A stretch of DNA of 64,000 bases from Octopus sinensis (taxonomy: Eukaryota): contig NW_021831868.1 of assembly GCF_006345805.1 (NCBI RefSeq), positions 606-64,605 of the forward strand. Direction: 5' to 3'. Of the stretch, positions 50,607 through 63,664 are shown in pieces. The first letter of the stretch is position 1. Every line of letters starts with the position of its first letter. The notes beneath the pieces were generated by a model. The model made no database searches. It saw only the letters and a program-made list of their open reading frames with translations, and had not been told where the DNA came from. The translations under genes were made by a program, and so were the position numbers.

Positions 50607-50622
50607 TAATAATAATAATTTA
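50170..50622. repeat. (ATT)n/(AAT)n microsatellite with a strand switch
   Basis: Direct reading. Confidence 0.95.
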
Positions 50623-50718
50623 TTTCTTTATTGCCCACTAGGAGCTACACACAGAGGGGGCAAACAAGGACAGACAAACGGATTAAGTCGATTATATCGA
50701 CTCCAGTGCGTAACTGGT
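50623..50718 (-). mobile_element. SINE A 3' fragment (A2 tail)
   Basis: + strand TTTCTTTATTGCCCAC...CAAGGACAGACAAACGGATTAAGTCG...ACTGGTACTT. Confidence 0.8.
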
Positions 50719-50719
50719 A

Positions 50720-50872
50720 CTTATTTAATCGACCTCGATCCTACGCAAAACATTTTGAATACAATAACTATAAGAGCATCGCAGCAAATCACAGCACATA
50801 CCCAAGGCACACAGAGCTGCGCTCGGTAGTGAAGTGAAAGCACGCGATAAAATAAAAACTACTTAATGATAA
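50720..50872 (+). mobile_element. RLE-type LINE extreme 3' end followed by (AAT)n
   Basis: Aligns with 47495-47620. Confidence 0.75.
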
Positions 50873-51042
50873 TAAAATATAATAATAATAATATAAATAA
50901 TAATAATAAAATAATAATAATAATAATAATAATATATAATAATAATAATAGCATAATAATAATAATAATAATAATAATATAATAATAATAATAATAACAA
51001 TAATAATAATATTATGATAATGATAATGATAATGATAATAAC

Positions 51043-51206
51043 TAGTCATGTATGCCACAAGCCCAGAAAGAATGTAAGAGACGTCATGACAACGTAGCAA
51101 GGATTGTTCGTTGGACATTTTGCAACAAGTATGGAGTTGACAGAAAAAAAATGGGGACGAATATAAACCCGAAGGAATCATCGAAAATGATCATGCAAAG
51201 ATCCTA
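51043..51206 (+). mobile_element. RLE-type LINE fragment (RHD motif)
   Basis: AQKECKRRHDNVARIVRW...; a shifted frame gives EYKPEGIIENDHAKIL. Confidence 0.8.
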
Positions 51207-51208
51207 TA

Positions 51209-51247
<39 letters not shown>

Positions 51248-51505
51248 TGGTAGCTTCCGCAAGGCATATGGTACTGGACACTGGCAGAAATAGATTTTGT
51301 CTGTTGTTTGTGTACATGTATGTATCTTTTCATGTCGTTTATGGTGGCATGTAACCCTTGCACAACACTGTCCATGATGGAGGTTGTAGGTCGTCAGAAG
51401 GTGAGTCATCACAGAATGAATGATCCTGTAAATGGATGTCCCGTATATATATACTTGTGTGCGTGCTTGTGTGTATAAATATATAATACATATATACATA
51501 TATAA

Positions 51506-51594
<89 letters not shown>

Positions 51595-52288
51595 TGTGAA
51601 TCTAATCAAAAAATGGTAATAACATAGATTACTACCAGTGGCCCAGCATAAAAGACGAATTAGTTCATTAGACAAATATTATTCATATAGAAATATAATT
51701 AAGGGCTCCTAAATAAGGATGCCAAGTGCTAGGGACACAAAAAAGGGATAAATTTATCGAGAGTGAAAATCAAAAACATTTACCATTAACGATACATCCC
51801 CGACGGATCAGTTTCTACCTCTTTCTAGCAAAACAGACAGAATGTGTTTGCTAAGGCCGGTTTCATATATATATATATATATATATACATACACATAAGT
51901 ATATACATACACATAAGTATATACATACACATAAGTATATACATTATACGAATGTGTCCATCTGTTCTAATTTAATTAAATTCTATGTCTTTGTGCAGCT
52001 AAAGATTGCTCCACATTTTAAACTGATATAATGATTGCATTGTTCAATTAAATGGAGTTGCATGAAACGATCATACTGCATTACCTTTGGATATCCTTGT
52101 TGCTTATTTTGATTTTAATCACCTTACTTTGAAATTGTATGGATAACACCGTACTAAATTTTGTTGCCTCAACTTAAGTACCTTAATCATCTGAATCTAA
52201 ATTTTTGCTGAACTCATCTACCATACCCAATATATATATACAGATACGAAGTCCAGGCAAATATCACCAGCCGACCGGTGTCTGCTAC

Positions 52289-52334
52289 TCTAGGACGATG
52301 AAGGACAATGATCCTGAAACACGGTGTCCCTAGA
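52289..52334 (+). ncRNA. Minimal type-I hammerhead ribozyme motif (variant core)
   Basis: TCTAGG-ACGATGA-AGGA(CAATGA)TCCT-GAA-ACAC(G)GTGT-C-CCTAGA. Three perfect stems and a GUC site; core positions 3-4 deviate. Confidence 0.65.
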
Positions 52335-52789
52335 TGCAGTTCCGACGGCCAGGGGTGTTTATCTCCCCTTCATATATGTATATAAGGACACAGGGAAAAA
52401 ATGTGTCGAAGCTGTCAGGAGGCGTTCGATGCCTCCTAGGGCTATACAACGGTGGTGTACCCCCTACTGTCACGTTCTTGTTAGATTGACAGTATACAAC
52501 CATTCTATATATATATATAATATATGTATGTATGTATAATTCAAAAGAGTTTGAATTTGATTCCGTGCTACTTCATGTTTCGCACGCCCTTAACAGAGCC
52601 TGTCTCCTCAGGCATGCGTGGTATCCGAATGAACAGGAAGTTCCTGATGGCTATCGGTAGGTAGGCTGCAAGTGGTGAAGGAAAGCCACCCGTTGTCCCG
52701 ATGGATAGTATTACTTAGTAAGCAACAAGAGTTACATGAATTCATATGGATAGAATGATGGATGGACATATGGTTGGATAGATAGACCA

Positions 52790-53270
<481 letters not shown>

Positions 53271-53413
53271 TGCAAGTAGGTAACCCTATGTTTTCAATTT
53301 TCCGGGTTCATAGGATTAGGCTCAAGGTGGCTTCGTCATTCATACGTGCCATCTTTGCTACATTCACCCATCTGTTTTTTGAAACATTCGCTAGACAAAA
53401 GATAGATAGATAA

Positions 53414-53486
<73 letters not shown>

Positions 53487-53934
53487 CAGACAGTCAGGCA
53501 GATAGACAGAGATAGATAGATAATCAGACAGACAGTGAGAGAGAGAGAGATACAGACAGACAGACAGAGATAACGTATATTCATATATACGTGTAGCTAC
53601 ACATATATGTAAAAGCACGTGGCTGGAAAATATATTTAAATTCGAAGTTTGTACTCTTCTGCTGTCATGCTCGTTTTTTAACGACTTAATAGATTTAGAA
53701 AATGTTAGAGACTTCACCTTATAGTTTGTGATAAAGAATTTTCTTCTTTTCTAACGTTGGAGCCTTGTATCTTTGTCAGGAACCAGCTCCTTCCACAAAG
53801 AAAGAGTTTTAATAGTTAAAAAGCAAAACATACCTACCTACCTATCTTCATATATATATGGTTTGTCCGGTGTTACATATATCGGACGGGTATGTTTGAT
53901 TCTTAGTACTTTCAAATGTAAATCAGAAGAAATT

Positions 53935-53997
53935 TCTGAGCTGATGAAGGAAATGTTGGCGTTTAATCCACTAATCCAGAAACAGGCTGTCCTCGGG
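53935..53997 (+). ncRNA. Minimal type-I hammerhead ribozyme motif with intact CUGAUGA/GAAA/GUC core
   Basis: Stem I TCTGAG(53935-40)/CTCGGG(53992-97), CTGATGA 53941-47, GAAA 53979-82, stem III ACAG(G)CTGT, GUC site at 53989-91. Confidence 0.7.
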
Positions 53998-54214
53998 TGA
54001 TCTCATATGGATGTGATCTTTCGTTGTTTTTTCCCTTATACCTATGTGTGTTATTTCTGAGTATGCATTGTCTGGGAGACTTTTTCTTGCAGTAGAAGAA
54101 ATAGCCAAACTTTTGGCTGCTATTTCTAAAAATCTCGGTGTGTGGTAAAGTAAATAATTTTACTTTACCCTATTTTTATAAAGTATATATATATATATAT
54201 ATATACATACATAC

Positions 54215-54245
<31 letters not shown>

Positions 54246-55142
54246 CATACATACATACATACATACATACATACATACATACATACATACATACATACTT
54301 ACGTACGTACGTACGTGCATTCTTACATCATTCACTACTTCCTAATAACTCGTTCAGGATGTTTCAACACAGCCTACTGCGGCGAATAGGGAGTTGAAAG
54401 ATAGTAACCAAGTAGTAGGGAAATGATGAATTTAATTTAACTTCTTGTGCTACAATATAGAGCTTCCCTTAATGTAGCAAACGAAATATTGTATAATATA
54501 TATTTTTCAAGTTTTAATCTTTATGAATAAGCATTTCTACAGAAACCAATGATAGCATAAGGATTTAAATAGAAACACGTTAAAATGAGCTATAGTCGTC
54601 TCTGGTCTGTAGCTACTTCCAATTTTGTGTAACTTTCCACATATGTGATTCTACAGCACTGGTTTAAAAGGCTAAGGTCTGCCTTGAGGTCAGCACTGGT
54701 TTAAAACGTTAAGGTCTGCCAACATTTACAGAGAAAACTAAGGAGGGCTATTCAAATGCTGTTAAAAAAATTATCCTTCAAACATACGTATGCTCTCAGA
54801 GACTCAGTAGGACGTCTCCCCACCAGACTCACCAAATATATCTGGTGTGTAAAGGATGATTACTATCCATTATAAAATACTGATTCGTTACAGAACACGT
54901 ATCCATATACATTAATAACTCTAGAAGATACCATTCTTGTTACCAGGAGAAAATATAATGACCATTTACAGCCTTTTTTAGACCCTTGCATCGATATTTC
55001 CTGAAACATGTCCAACTTCTAACTTGCTTAGATAGTTCAATTCCAGTATAATAGATTTGCAATTCTCTGAATCATTCTAACATAGTAAACACGTCTTATC
55101 TCCCCGTTCTCCCCAACCACTAAGCCAGACAACTTCTGTGTG

Positions 55143-55177
<35 letters not shown>

Positions 55178-55550
55178 ATTTAGTGCTTCTGTATCTCATT
55201 AATTCAGTCTGTCTTCCTATGTAAATGTTCAACCCCTCCATGCGTATCCATAACTAACTCTATGACATCGTCCACTCTCCCTCTCTTTCACTCTCTCTCT
55301 CTCTCTCTTTCTATATCAGACACTCTTCCTCTCCCTGTCCCTATCTATCTCTGTTTATCCCAATGTTCGTCTTTGTTTGGGTCCCTACATAGAGCTCACT
55401 TACAATCTATATCGATCAGCCTAATCAATACAGTATTGTTTCTTTATGCATAACTAACAAACTTCGTCGACATTACGAGGAATTCATACATACATACATA
55501 CATACGTTTATGTATGTGTGTATAAGGGTGTAAAAGTATATATATGTACG

Positions 55551-55589
<39 letters not shown>

Positions 55590-55646
55590 ATGTTATAAAC
55601 ATATATATATATATATCATTTTATATGTATAACATGTATGTGTATG

Positions 55647-55735
<89 letters not shown>

Positions 55736-56612
55736 CATATGTATATATACATATACATATATGTGTATGTGTTTGCGTATAATAGCATATAAGCATTCGT
55801 GTTTCCGTGGTAGTATATTTATATAAGCATGTATATACGTACATAAACATATACATACACATCTAAACGCACAGAAACAGCATGTGCGTGCGTTTGCGTA
55901 TAAAATTATATATTCCATTTTTACTTGCGACGGTTGTTGTGATGGCGTGTGTACAGTCGCTACAACACCGCGTCATTATTGCACTTTAGCTGAAGAGAAT
56001 TTTAATCAATAAAAAAGGGAGGATTTTTATTATTCGTTATCGTTGTTGTCTGGTTAAACCATTCATTGGTTTCAATCCTACTGCGCAGTACTTTCTAGGC
56101 TTGTATTTTTCTACAATATTCAACGCGTGCTTCGCAAGCACGCACCGGTTTCAATTCTACTGCGTGGTAGTTTAGACAGAGTTAAGCAACTAAGTTTGTG
56201 TTTCCCGTGTATCACGTAATGCCTGGTTTGAAATCGCTGTGTTGAACTTCGATCATGTGTCTCTTATCACAATCTCAGCTTGTGGTCGAACATACTGCAC
56301 GGTTTCTTGAGCTGATGTCTTCTCTCATAGCATACGTTAGATCTATATTCACCACGCCACGGTTTCCATTTCAATTCACAGAATCCTCAACAAGACTTTT
56401 GTATCATTATCTCAGTTCACTTTGCAGCTACGTGGAACCAGGTTTCTTTTTACAATGATGAACTTTTTGTAGGGTCTTTTTCTACTGTAACTTCAGGACA
56501 GTAAAGTTATGTAAGTTCAAGAGGCTGGAGATCGTTGCGGAATTCTATCAAATCGATCTCACCTTATTTCAAGGTAAAAAAAAAAAAAAATTTAACCCAT
56601 CCCTCATTTTAA

Positions 56613-56809
56613 CATTTGAACAGATGATAGTCAGAATTCGCCAAATCGGGAGAATAGCGAAGGTGATCCATCAGTTCAAAGCCGCTGTCACGCACAGCAA
56701 CCATGGAAAGCAAAAGCTTGTGTACTGGAGCATTATCCTGATGTAACAAGATCTTGTTTGTCAGTTTTCCTGGGCCTTTGGTGTTGATAGCCTTCCGTAA
56801 CTGCCTTAG
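56613..56809 (-). mobile_element. Mariner transposase fragment (catalytic region)
   Basis: LRKAINTKGPGKLTNKILLHQDNAPVH...GFELMDHLRYSPDLANSDYHLF (YSPDL motif). Confidence 0.85.
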
Positions 56810-56814
56810 AATTT

Positions 56815-57003
56815 TGGCCGTGCTAACGATTCTGCCAGTACGCCACCTTATAATTTGTCCAGTGTTTCGAATTTTGGCAGAAGGCCAGCAATTTCGGAGC
56901 AGGTATTAAGTCGATTTTGTCGTCCAAGTACTCAACTGGTACTTACATTATTGACCCCAAAAGGATGAATGACAAAGTCAACCACAGTAGAATTTGAACT
57001 CAA
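56815..57003 (-). mobile_element. Diverged SINE A body plus an adjacent second head
   Basis: + strand AACTGGTACTT...GACCCCAAAAGGATGAA...AATTTGAACTC and GTGCTAACGATTCTGCCAG. Confidence 0.65.
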
Positions 57004-57019
57004 CATATAAACTAAATAT

Positions 57020-57855
57020 TTTGAATTTAAGAAGAAGGAGGAGGAGGAGGAGAAGAAGAAGAAGGAGAAGAAGAAGAAGAAGAAGAAGAAGAAGAAGAAG
57101 ACAACAGCATAACAGAGACAACAACAGTGATAGCATTATGACATTATCAACAACTGACTGTACCATCGGTATTAACATACCACAGCAGTAATGACATCAA
57201 TATCATCAATTGCAACAACAACGATACCACCAATAACAGCAACAACAACAACGTTAGCAACACCAGTCACAACCCTAACAAGAACAACAACAGCAACAAC
57301 AGAAACAACACCAACAACAACAACAACAATACTATCAATAACAACACAACGGCAATAACAACAGTAAAGATAGCATCAGTAACGACACAATAGCAACAAC
57401 GTTAGCAACACCAAGTCACAGCAGTAACAACAACAGCAACAATAGCATTCACCAACATAACACGACGCACTAGTAATAACAATAACACTGAGGAGTAACA
57501 AATAATAAACGAGAACGGAGGCGCAAGGGGTGGAGATGGGTGCGGGTGGCGGTAAGAGGAGACGGTAGAGAACGGCGGTAGTGGTAGTAGGAGAGGTAGC
57601 AGCAGGGTGAATGCGGTGGTTGTGGAGGTGGTGATGGTGGTGGTGGTGGTTCTGGTGCTGGATACGCTAGGGTGTTGTTGCTGTAGATGTCTTAATTAAT
57701 ATTGACACACATCAAGGGAGGAGAGAGACACACATCAAAGCTGGCACCGGCGGACACAACGCTGTGGTAACAACACGTCCATCATCATCATCATCATCGT
57801 CGTCATCGTCGTCGTCGTCGTCATCGTCGTCGTCGTCATCATGATCATCATCATG

Positions 57856-57893
<38 letters not shown>

Positions 57894-58007
57894 TATCGCC
57901 ATAATTATCGTCATCATTATCGTGATCACCACCACCACCACCACCATCAATATGATCATCCTCGTCATGATCATGATTGCGACTTTTATCATGACTGCCG
58001 TCATCAC

Positions 58008-58049
<42 letters not shown>

Positions 58050-58181
58050 CATCATCGTCGTCGTCATTGTCGTCGTTGTCGCAATCATCATCACCTTGTC
58101 CATCAATGCCAGTATCAGCAACACCACCACCACTATCATCATCATCATCATCATCGTCATCATCATCACCATCATCATTAC

Positions 58182-58241
<60 letters not shown>

Positions 58242-58268
58242 TACCATCATCATCACCATCATCATTAC

Positions 58269-58306
<38 letters not shown>

Positions 58307-60209
58307 CCAGCATCACCAACACCATCACCGCCACCAACACCACCACCTCCACTAACAACAACAACAACAACAACAACGAGCATAACCACCAGCACATTCA
58401 GGAACAACCAACACAACAAACAACAATCATTTCTCGTCGCCATCCCCAGCGCCATTCCTCTCATTAGCATTACCAACGCTACTAGCACCTATACACTAGT
58501 CGACACCAACTTCCACCACCAATACCATTTACCTAAACTAACACCACCATCACCACCACTACCACTGTCAACACCACTACAGCCCAGACTATTACTACCG
58601 ACACCAACACCGAAAACGCTACCATTATCAACACCACTACTGCAGCCTGCGCTACAATCAATGTTGACAGACGCAACACCGCAACGACTAATGTTACTGG
58701 CCCTTAAGCAACAAAACCAACTTTTGTGTTATCACCTATGTCGAAACTGTCATACCGCCGTGACTAAAACCATTACAGCAACTCCATACCAATAGAACTA
58801 TATTCGTCGTTGTCATCATCATTATCATCACCACCACCATCATTGCCATCATCATCAGCAGCAGCAGCAACAGCATCATTGCCGTCATCATCATCATCAT
58901 CACTACCATCACTGTCGTCATCATCATCATCATCATTATCATCACCCAACACTGTCATCACCATCGTCGCTGACGTCGTCACCATCACATCATCAACATC
59001 ATCATCATCACCATCAACAGCGTCATCATCAGCATTAAGATCTCTTACCTCTGCCTCATCATCATCATCAACACTATTTTTGGAAGCACTCCGTCGGTTA
59101 CGACGACGAGGGTTCCGGTTGATCCGATCAACGGAACATCCTGCTCGTGAAATTAACGTGTAAGTGGCTGAGCACTCCACAGACACGTGTACCCTTAACG
59201 TAGTTCTCAGGGATATTCAGCGTGACATAGAGAGTGACAAGGCCGGCCCCTTGAAATACAGGTGCAACAGAAACAGGAAGTAAGAGTGAGAGAAAGTTGT
59301 GTTGAAAGAGTACAGCAGGGATCACCACCATCCCCTGCCGGAGCCTCGTGAAGCTTTAGGTGTTTTCGCTCAATAAACACTCACAACGCCCGGTCTGGGA
59401 ATCGAAACCGCGATCCTATGACCGCGAGTCCGCTGCCCTAACCACTGGGCCATTGCGCCTCCACTTCAACACTATACTCTTCAACCTCATCATCATCATC
59501 AATACTATAATCTTCCCTCTCATTATCATCATCATCTTCATCATCATCATCATTCTCATCACCATCATCGTTATCATAATCACTAACATCATCATCACAT
59601 CATCACGATCGTCATCCTCATTAACATCATCGTCATCCTCCTCCTCCTCCTCTCCCCCCCCCTCATCATCATCATCATCATCATCACCCACTACAACAAC
59701 AACAGCAACAACAATGATAAAAACGATTCCAGCAACAGTTTAATAATAATATTAAGAACAATACGATACTACCACTACATCCGCAATTAGTATACTAATC
59801 CATTAGTGGCTATCACCACCCATGTCGATAACGCCATTGCTAATATTCCTACCGCCATTACTATCACCATTGCTGATAGCCATGTCATTCGGACTGTAAC
59901 CCCATCCCACCAGCCCCACGACCATCCACCAAAACTAAGACCTTAGCTTTCACACCTGTGTCGAAACCACCACTTATACTCTCACCAACACCACCACCGC
60001 CGCCGCCGCCGCCGCCGCTGCCGCCAGTTTCAGGTGACTATAGTAACACCAAAATTATCACCAAAAGCTAAGCTTTAACAAAGAGCCGTTACCGAAAATT
60101 ACTAATGACGGCGACCACCACCACTGACACTTCGACAACTAACTTTAACTCAGTCACTAACGTTACTTAAGTGACTAATATATCATCATCATCATCATCA
60201 TCATCATCA

Positions 60210-60243
<34 letters not shown>

Positions 60244-60407
60244 CATCATCACCGACACCATCTTCATCATCATCAGCAGCAGCATCACGAGCATCACCAA
60301 ATCAGCATTATCATCATCATCATCCTCATAATCACCATCATCAACATCAACATCACCACCACCACCACCATCGTTATCATCAGCAGCTGAACCAGCAACA
60401 CCACCAC

Positions 60408-60441
<34 letters not shown>

Positions 60442-60800
60442 GTCGTCATCGTCATCATCATCATAATAATAACCATCATCATCATCATCATCATCACCAT
60501 CATCATCATAACCACCACCGCCACTACCACCAACACCACCACCATCATCATCATCATCATCATTGTTGACGTCGTCTTCGTTATTGTCATCATCATCATC
60601 ACCATCGCCATCATGATCGTCGTCATCATCAGAACTGTCAACACCTCGGCCATCACAGCCTCCTCCTCCTCCTCCTCCTCTCCTCCACATACTTCCGCGC
60701 TACCATTATACCATCACCAACATCAACGCCACCACAAATGATCACCACTAACAACAACAACAACAACAGCAACAACAACAACAACAGCACTATATATTGA
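57020..60800. repeat. Large block of (AAG), (AAC), (CAT), (CAC) and (CGT) microsatellites with short unique spacers
   Basis: Direct reading. Confidence 0.9.
59078..59465 (-). mobile_element. SINE C full length (head plus tail T1) with 10-bp TSD
   Basis: TCAACACTAT at 59068-59077 and 59466-59475. Confidence 0.9.
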
Positions 60801-61093
60801 GTCAGACACGTGACATACAAATTAAAACCTGGTCCGTTCCGATATTGGATTTCAATAAGACTCTCCATTTTGAACAAATTTAGAGATTATTCTTACAATT
60901 AATTCTTTTTGACAGCCAGAACATCCTTACAGACGCATTTCCTCACTTTTTCACACTATTCACTTCCTTTCCTTCCTTTTTTATCCCTCTACCTCCTCCC
61001 CTCCTCATCCTCCCCCTCCTCCGCTTCCCCCTCCGCCTCCTTCGTTTTTCTTTCATGTGTCAATTGTGCCTATGCACCCCTGTATATATATAC

Positions 61094-61135
<42 letters not shown>

Positions 61136-61374
61136 GTGTGTGTGGTGTTTGTGTGTGTGTGTTATAAATATATATATACTGTATATGTATATGTGTGTGT
61201 GTGTGTATTTGTGTGTTGGCATATCATTTATATTCTTTTATCTGTACTTTTATGTAAAATAAAAAAGCAAATCATTTGAAGAATTGCAGAATGTCTTTAT
61301 ACAGAGAATCACTTTTATTTCGAAGGAAGAAACGGTTGACTGTGACTTCGAAGTTTCGATTTACAACATTTACG

Positions 61375-61580
61375 CAGGCATGCAGGCTGGTAGAATCGTT
61401 GGTACGCCAGGCGAAAAGCTGTGCGCTGTTTCGTCCGTGTTTACGTTCTGAGTTCAAATTCCCCCGAGGTCGACTTTGCCTTTCATCCTTTCGGAGTCGA
61501 TAAATTAAGTACCAGTTTAGTAATGGGGTCGATCTAAAAATGTCGGGCCTTGAGCCTAAAGTAGAAAAGAATACAATAAG
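61375..61580 (+). mobile_element. SINE A monomer (A1 tail)
   Basis: Head, GTTCAAATTCC, core and GGGCCTTGAGCCTAAAGTAGAAAAG. Confidence 0.8.
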
Positions 61581-61664
61581 TACCAGTTAAGGACTGAGGC
61601 GATGTAGTCCTCTTAATTAATACCGAGTAAGAGTATAAAAACTGCAAGCCTCTTCTTTGAGAGC

Positions 61665-61937
61665 GGACTTGGTGGACGGAAACTTAAAGAGGCCTGTCGT
61701 TTATATATGTGTGTGCGTGCAGGTGTGTATTTGTGTGTCTGTGTTTGTCCCGCCATCATCGCTTGACAACCGATGTTGGCGAGGTTACGTCCTTGTATCC
61801 TAGCGGTTCGACAAAAGTGACAGATAGCATAAGTACTAGGTTTACAAAGAATAAGTCCTGAGGTTGATTTGTTCGACTAAAGGTGGTGTTCCAACATGGC
61901 CGTAGTCAAATGACTGAAAGAAGTAAAAGAAAATAAA
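61665..61937 (+). mobile_element. SINE B, 5'-truncated
   Basis: GGACGGAAACT...GTCAAATGACTGAAA. Confidence 0.8.
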
Positions 61938-61954
61938 TATGTATGTATGTATAC

Positions 61955-62023
<69 letters not shown>

Positions 62024-62035
62024 ATATACATCTAT

Positions 62036-62255
62036 CTCTTTTTACTCTTTTACTCTTTAACTTGTTTCAGTCATTTGACTGCGGCCATGCTGGAGCACCG
62101 CCTTTAGTCGAGCAAATCGACCCCGGGACTTATTCTTTGTAAGCCTAGTACTTATTCTATCGGTCTCTTTTGCCGAACCGCTAAGTGACGGGGACGTAAA
62201 CATACCAGCATCGGTTTGTCAAGTAATGCTAGGTGGACAAAAACAGACACACAAA

Positions 62256-62290
<35 letters not shown>

Positions 62291-62440
62291 CACATATATA
62301 CGACAGGCTTCTTTGAGTTTCCGTCTACCAAATCCACTCACAAGGCATTGGTCAGCCCGGGGCTATAGCAGAAAACACTTGCCCAAGATGCCACGCAGGG
62401 GACTGAACCCGGAACCATGTGGTTGGTTAGCAAGCTACTT
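62036..62440 (-). mobile_element. SINE B, near full length
   Basis: Reverse complement of the 46021-46427 structure. Confidence 0.9.
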
Positions 62441-62668
62441 ATATATATATATATTTATTTATTTACTCACGGTCACACATGCATTGTGGATATAGTTTGT
62501 CGAAGTGCCCATTTCCTACGGGACATCGTCCGGGGAAAGCTCCCTACACGATGCCCACGCTATCCCCTTGCAAATGGGTGCTTAACTTAAACAAAACACA
62601 CACAAAGTGCATGTGCGACTGATAAAGTTTACACTTACTAAACGTACTCTTAATTCGTAATTCAGTAG

Positions 62669-62707
<39 letters not shown>

Positions 62708-62708
62708 A

Positions 62709-62759
<51 letters not shown>

Positions 62760-63266
62760 ATATGTGCTATGTATATAATATGCACATACGCATACACACA
62801 AATGAGCAGAAAGTCAAGGAGAGACAAGAACCGAAGTAGGAGAAGCGCGATATGGTGATTAATAATGTTGATTCTCAATCCATCGGTACAGGTGCGATCA
62901 AATTTCTGTCATACCTTTGTGTGAATGTAATTGCATTGACTGTAATTCTAAGATTTCGTTAGACGCAAATAAACATGTGATTCTGTACTTTAAGCCTTGT
63001 GTAGTATCTTTGCTTTTTCAGTGACTTCAAAAAGACAGTGCACTGTTATTGTAAATACATTAGCTATGTTTTCGTTTTCTTTGTTGTTGTGGAGTGGTTC
63101 AGGATGTGAGGTTTCTAACTAAAATTAAAATATACTGCCTCGAAGAAATATTCTATGGTGGTTCTCTTCCTGATGTCCTATGGAGTGTCGATAAAATGAG
63201 AAAACAATGTGGCCTTTTCGCGTTTTGTGTAGGTTTCAAAGAAATTATACCTTGATATTCTCCGCC

Positions 63267-63664
63267 GGAGTGGCTATGTGGTAAGTAGCTTGCTTACCAA
63301 CCACATGGTTCCGGGTTCAGTCCCACTGCGTGGCACCTGGGGTTAGGTATCTACTATAGCCTCGGGCCAACCAAAGCCTTGTGAGGGATTTGGTAGACGG
63401 AAACTGAAAGAAGCCGTCGTATATACGTATATATATGTATGGTGTATATGCTTGTGTGTCTGTGTTGTCCCCCCCCCCAGCATCGCTTGACAACCGATGA
63501 TGGTGTGTTACGTCCCCGTAATTTAGCGGTTCGGCAACAAAAAGGACCGATAGAATAAGTACTAGGTTTGCCAAGGATAAGTCCTGGGGTCGATTTGCTC
63601 GACTAAAAGCGGTGCTCCAGCATGGCCACAGTCAAATGACTAAAACGAGGTATAGAGTAAAAGA
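63267..63664 (+). mobile_element. SINE B, full length
   Basis: GGAGTGGCTATGTGGTAAG...GGTTCAGTCCC...GTCAAATGAC. Confidence 0.9.

Noticed and set aside
55003-55012. GAAACATGTC, a hammerhead-like 3' half
   Set aside because: No CUGANGA-like core or stem I partner upstream.
57712-60690. Poly-D/M/H/S ORFs
   Set aside because: (CAT)n translations.
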